Assembly (NCBI RefSeq): GCF_009914755.1
Contig: NC_060930.1
Source of the DNA: the human T2T-CHM13v2.0 reference genome, Homo sapiens
DNA: 64,000 bases
Reading direction: 5' to 3' (one strand)
Below the pieces are notes generated by a model that worked only from the letters and a program-made list of their open reading frames with translations, ran no database searches and was not told the DNA's origin. Shown in pieces: positions 57,925-64,000 of this stretch. The number at the start of each line of letters is the position of its first letter. The stretch's first letter is position 1. The translations under genes and the position numbers were made by a program.

Positions 57925-58485
57925 CTGCAGGAGGAGCAAGCCAAAGCACAATGGTGAGGCATGGGGGAGGAAGACAGCGAATGAGAGCCCCACAGCACTG
58001 AGTGTTCACCTGCAGGGAGGCAGTTCTGCAGGGCTGTGGCACAGGTTCTGGAGCCACACAGCCTGGAAGCATACACCAGCCTCTGGCAGTGGCTTACCTT
58101 TCTAAGCCTCAGTTTCCTCAACTATAAGATGGGGATTTTCATATACCATTTTCTCATGCAACTGTTGAGAATACTCAGTGATACAAGTACATATAAAATA
58201 CCCCACTGTACAAATGTTAGCATTCAATTAACATTAGATCTTTCATTGGCATTATTATTATTATTATTACAATTCTTTATTCTCTGCCTGGAGATTGAAC
58301 GTCACTAGTCAGTCTTCCATCACTAGTCGGTCTACAGAGCCTGCTGCTTGGAAAGGAAAGCCACAGCCCCAGAGGTCTGTGAATCTCAGACCTTCTCTCC
58401 ATTTCTCCTTTAATAGGCCCCTCTGCCTGGAGGCATAAAGACCACAACATTTATCCTGCCAGCTTGCCATTGTACATATTCCACT

Positions 58486-58885
58486 TGTAGTGTGACAGGA
58501 CCCCCACCAGGTTACTTGAGGGTGTGTGTCCACTGTCTGAACCCTGAAGGACGGGCAGTGAGCCAAGGCCACCATGCACAGCCAAGGAGCAGGCCACTGA
58601 GAACCCAAACATCTCAGAGAGTATCTGAGAACCTACCAAGGAAAACAGTCCCATTGGACACACACAGTAGGCAAAGAGCCAGAAAATTCGCTTAAGAGCA
58701 GCTTAGAGATGGGAGGCAGAGCGGATCTCTAGATCTGTCCTGCTGTGGCCCTAGGGCGCCCCATAGTAAGTCTTAATAAACTCATCCACTCGCTAAGCTG
58801 GACTTGTCCAAGTCATTCTTTGATCTCTCCATATCTTCCCAGTTCGAGGCAGGGGGTACTACCGTCCCAAGGTTTTCTCATAACA
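58486..58885 (+). mobile_element. ERV solo LTR (LTR47-like) in IL17F intron 2, antisense to IL17F
   Basis: TG...CA termini, AATAAA at 58775-58780, CACT on both flanks. Subfamily name from recall. Confidence 0.6.
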
Positions 58886-59485
58886 CACTCACATGAGAAG
58901 CTATGTGACAACCCCAGAAGCACTTCAATTGTCCCTGGAATCTACTTTGATACTTACATTTGGAGAGTATGAGGGAGTGCTTGGTCTTCCAAGAACCTGT
59001 ATCTTAATGCCAAATTACAAGACTGTACCCTGAAGGTCTCCACCTAACATCCCATTTCCCAGACTGGCCTTTCTCCTCCACTCATTCCCACTCCTTAAAT
59101 GATAATGTCTAATCTGAGTGAATCTCCTTAAACCGACTTTTCTGTTTCCCATTTATCCTCATGAGGAGATAATTATGCAATCTGCTTTAAAGAACCCTCT
59201 CTTCCAACACAGGAAAATTTGTGAATTCTATCCTAGAACTACATGAAGCAGAAAAAGGCACAAAGTCTATGAGAACGTGGAAGCAAAATATTAGGACCAT
59301 CAACCACAAAGGTGAACCTAGTCCAAAACAAGAAAGATATGAGCTCCCAGGTAAAGTGAAATTTTCATTGTTAAGAGGATTTTCCCTTTTATTTTTTCTA
59401 TGTATTCTACATTTTCTACTTTATGATTAGAATGAATTAACATATTTTTCCAAAGAATGTGAAAATCAGTCTCATTTGCACTTAC

Positions 59486-59706
59486 GTGTAATTCCAGGGG
59501 GAGGTGGAGCGGCTCTCGATGTTACGTGACATGGAAACGCGCTGGTTTTCATTGATGATGCCAATGTCAAGCTTCATACTACCTCCTGGCACAGGCGGGC
59601 AACTCTCAGGCTTTTGGAAAAAAGTATGTCCTACTTTGGGGATTTTCCGAGCTGCCGCCTCACTCAGAAAGGCAAGCCCCAATATCGACAGCAGCAAGTA
59701 CTTGAC
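59486..59706 (-). CDS. IL17F: Interleukin-17F coding exon 2 (VKYLLLSILGLAFLSEAAARKIPKVG...STSPWNY)
   Basis: Minus-strand acceptor TTTTCCAG|GTC at 59706; donor AC|GTAAGT at 59486; 221 nt; ORF 59482..59697. Confidence 0.98.
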
Positions 59707-60876
59707 CTGGAAAATAGAAGACGCTGCAATCAGTTAGAGACTCGCCTCACCTACTAGCAAGAGATGCATGGTCTGGCGGAACTCAGCATTCCTGTCCTTT
59801 TATGGGATCAGGGCTTCTCTTTGCACCTCAGTTCCTCACCTGGAAATGGGAACACTCACACCTAAAGGTATCAAGGTGCCAAACTGAGAACTAAACTCAG
59901 TAGCCTAGCTAGTAACTGAAGCCCTCCATAGTCTAAAAGCTCCCAAACAGTGAGACAGAAAGATGCAAGGGTCTGAGATTGAGTTAAAATCCTATCCTGG
60001 CTTCCTTGCTGAGCCTCTAGTTTCTCTTCCTTCCAACTGGATAATAATGCTCACTTTATGAGACTACTAATGAGATTAAATAGAATGTTCTATATAAAAC
60101 ACCTATAAATCTGTATAAGAAAAATAGAGGCTTAATAAACGATAGCTCTTGTTTTTATTTCCAACTTGATATCCCATGAATCTCCCACAAAATCCTTCTT
60201 CGGAGCCACCCCTCTACCTAGAATACACTGCCTAGAATACTCTGTCTGTCAAAATCCTACCCTTCCATTAAGGCCCAGCTCAGATGTGATCTCCTCTAAG
60301 AACAGTCCCTAAAATGGTTCAATCAGAAGCATGTTTATTATCCTTAAATTATAAAGCTTTGATCATCTAGCACTCAAGCAGCATTTTTTAATTGTCTAGA
60401 AATGTAGTATTTGTGTTCCTGTCAGATCTACACCCATTAGATTGTAAGTTCCTGCATATTACACATTTTCCATAAACACTTTTGGAATGAATGAGTGAAT
60501 GAGTGAATGAATGAACAAAATGATACAGCTAAATTGAACTATATAGTTAAGCTCACTGCATTAAGAAAAACATTACGCAAAACCAACGATAGCAAAGTTC
60601 CAATTATCCATGCTAATTGAAAGAAACCGGGGCACTAATGATGCACCACAAGAGAGAATATGGAAACTATTTCTCTTTAGCTCTGGAGCATTTTTTTTAT
60701 ACTTACGTTGAAATGCCAGTTTATCTGGTGTTATAGGAATGCGCAAAGAATGAAAGTGCACTGAAGACCTAATGAAAAGAAAAGCTACAAATCTTGCCAG
60801 ATTCCCTTTGTCACAACCATGCTTTGCTCACCCACCATTGCCACTGACCCTTACTGGGGATGAGCAAGGCCCATCA

Positions 60877-61243
<367 letters not shown>

Positions 61244-61772
61244 CTAGGCTTAGCGTTGTTCAGGCTCACACCTTCCATGAGTTAAGGTAGGGAAGGTGAT
61301 TAGACATGTTGGTTTCAAAGGCCTTCCTTTTCATATTTTGCAGATACTAGAGACAAAAAACAATAAGAGTAAACAAAAAGGTCATAGTGTCCATTTGCCA
61401 TACTGAGGAAGCTGACACTAAAAAGAAGTTGAAAGCAAGATTGACCCAGAAGAGTCAGAATGAGGCTGATTTGCCTTTAGATAATCAGCAATCATCAACT
61501 TTCATCCCCCACAATCATTCATTCATTCAACAACTAGCTCTTGACTTTACAGTGTGGTAGCTCAGGGCATGGGCTTCAGAGTCAGAAGTCCAGGGTCTGT
61601 AACTCAATTCCAGGACTCTTAGAAGCTATGACTCTGTTTCCTCAAAAAAAAAAAAAATGTGAAGATTAAATGAGATGATCCATATAAATTATGAAGAACA
61701 CTGGCAGCATATGATAAGTATCCAATACTGGCGACTCTTGCTAACTCTATATTGTACTACACAGTGGACTAG

Positions 61773-62168
<396 letters not shown>

Positions 62169-64000
62169 TAGAGGGTCTTAGATAACTTCCCAAGCCTACC
62201 AATCACATATTTAGGGTTCTTAAGTAAATTCCTCCTTTGTGTTTTCTCTTTCCTCTTCTGTGTCATACTCACTGAATCACTATTAATTTTCATTATGAAA
62301 ACTTTTAAATACATACATTGGAGTTATATGACTTAGCAATAATTACAATGCTTCTAACAAGTCATTATTACATTTGCTTATATATTCTTAGAGTATATTA
62401 GAAAATTCTTTTACATCTCTTTAAACACTGGATTTTCACAACTACCTGGTGAGGTAATCAGAGCTAGTATTAATTATCCCAATTAGACAGGTGAAAGAGT
62501 TCTGTCCCAGAGGGAATAAATAACTTGATTGGGTTCACCAGCCTATGAGTACCAGTCTGGGGACTCAAACCTAGGTGTCAGTAGTCAGTGCTATTGTCAT
62601 TGAAGGTCATTTTTATTATTACCAACATTAATCTTAGTTTTGTCTCATTAGAAGAGCTAAGTGTTTTAGGTAATGTGACAGCTGTACTAGATGTGCATAA
62701 GTGTTGTAGGTCACATAGCTCGTTATCAGGAAATCAGATGATGTCTGCAAATACTCCAATTTGCTCCACAAAGCTTTTGATCTGAAACTGTAGATTTTAG
62801 TGGTTATGTAATACAAAGCAGGGGCTCTGAACCAGGCTGTTGCTGGTTCTTAAGAATGATTTAAACAGCACCTCTCAGAGAAATCCAGAGCATGACTTGA
62901 ACTCTTATATGCCACCTATAAAGCAGATGAATAGATATCGCTCTCAATCTGTATAATAGGGGACAGGGGCAAGGGAAAGCACCAGGTGAAGGTGAGCTGT
63001 AACAGGACAACAACCTTCTCAGCCTAGCTTTGCACCTCACTCTAATGTGAGCTCACCTGAGCAACCTGAACATCCATCCTCTATACTCACCAGCAATGTG
63101 TGGACACATGTAAGCATGCACCTGGCCAACCTCTAGGTCCATGAGAATTTGCCTCAACTACTTATTGAAGATGTCCTATCTGCCTGCACCTCTCAACTTC
63201 TAATCCTATTCCAATGCTCCTTGCACTGTTATGTTTCTTGCTGACAACCCAACAGATTTCTTTAAGGAAACTAGAATTAGAAATAGCTATGGAGCACAAA
63301 GCTACCCAACAGAATTGCTTGGATGCAATGGCTTTAAATTCACAAATCTTGCCTCTGAACCAAAGAAAAGCATACTGTATGTGGAGACAGAAAGCTTAGA
63401 TTGGTGTACCAGTTCTTGTGCTTACAGTATCCAGCAATGTTAAATAAATAGCTTAATTGAGCTTTTGTTCATCTGTATAAAGTGGAAAGTATTCCCATCT
63501 ACTTCAGTGGATTGATCAGAATTTCCAGGACAATAATAACAATATTAATATGAACAGTTAACACTTACTGAATGCTTTCTCTATCATTATCAGTCGTTGT
63601 TTATTAGAATGGCCAAATTAACTGAAAATTAAGCATACACAAATCTGCCAGTACAGAGTATAGACTCATTTATTCTCAAAGATATTAATTAATCCTCCCA
63701 ATAAATGCCATGAGAAAGATGCCATTGTTATCCCCACCATACAGTTGAGGAAACGGAGGCACAGAGAAGATAAATAACTTACCCAAAAATCCTACATTTA
63801 GCAAGCAGTGGAGCCAGGTCTGCCTGACATCAAAGCCTATGCCCCTAAATATGGCACTTTGCTGAGCTACATGTAATCTTTAAAATAACACATAAATATA
63901 AAATAAAACATACCATTGCTATATGCCATGAACCTTTTATGATATTCAAGCTCTTTTAAGTTGTATGGCTTGTAAAAGGAGAAAAAAAGGAAATTATCTA

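Noticed and set aside
57925-58121. N-terminal extension of ORF 57687..58121
   Set aside because: IL17F intron 2, starting in a MIR; the real exon begins at the acceptor at 57924.

Overview
Human (primate) genomic DNA containing the IL17A/IL17F cytokine locus, known to lie at 6p12. IL17A is complete on the + strand: coding exons 7132-7158, 8303-8505 and 9753-9990, 155 aa. It comes with its TATA promoter, an AU-rich 3'UTR and a RORE/RUNX/octamer cluster about 5.3 kb upstream that fits the CNS2 Th17 enhancer. IL17F lies convergently on the - strand. Its coding exons 2 (59486-59706) and 3 (57687-57924) are present; exon 1 is beyond the window end. The ~46 kb between the genes is mostly interspersed repeats: Alus, a 5'-truncated L1PA2-like element, solo LTRs (MER11, THE1D, LTR8, MER31), an MST-type MaLR provirus, L2 and MIR. 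Almost all ORFs in the track other than the IL17 exons and L1 ORF2 are spurious. I see no new protein-coding system. The best leads are regulatory (a candidate intergenic RORE/AP-1/RUNX/IRF enhancer, CTCF-like sites, distal 3'UTR hairpins, a promoter haplotype carrying -197A) and structural (a near-identical 125-bp Alu-internal duplication, very close inverted Alu pairs, a template-switch-like micro-rearrangement, an L1 deletion with fold-back filler). Repeat subfamily names and SNP IDs come from recall of consensus and flanking sequences and need RepeatMasker/dbSNP confirmation.
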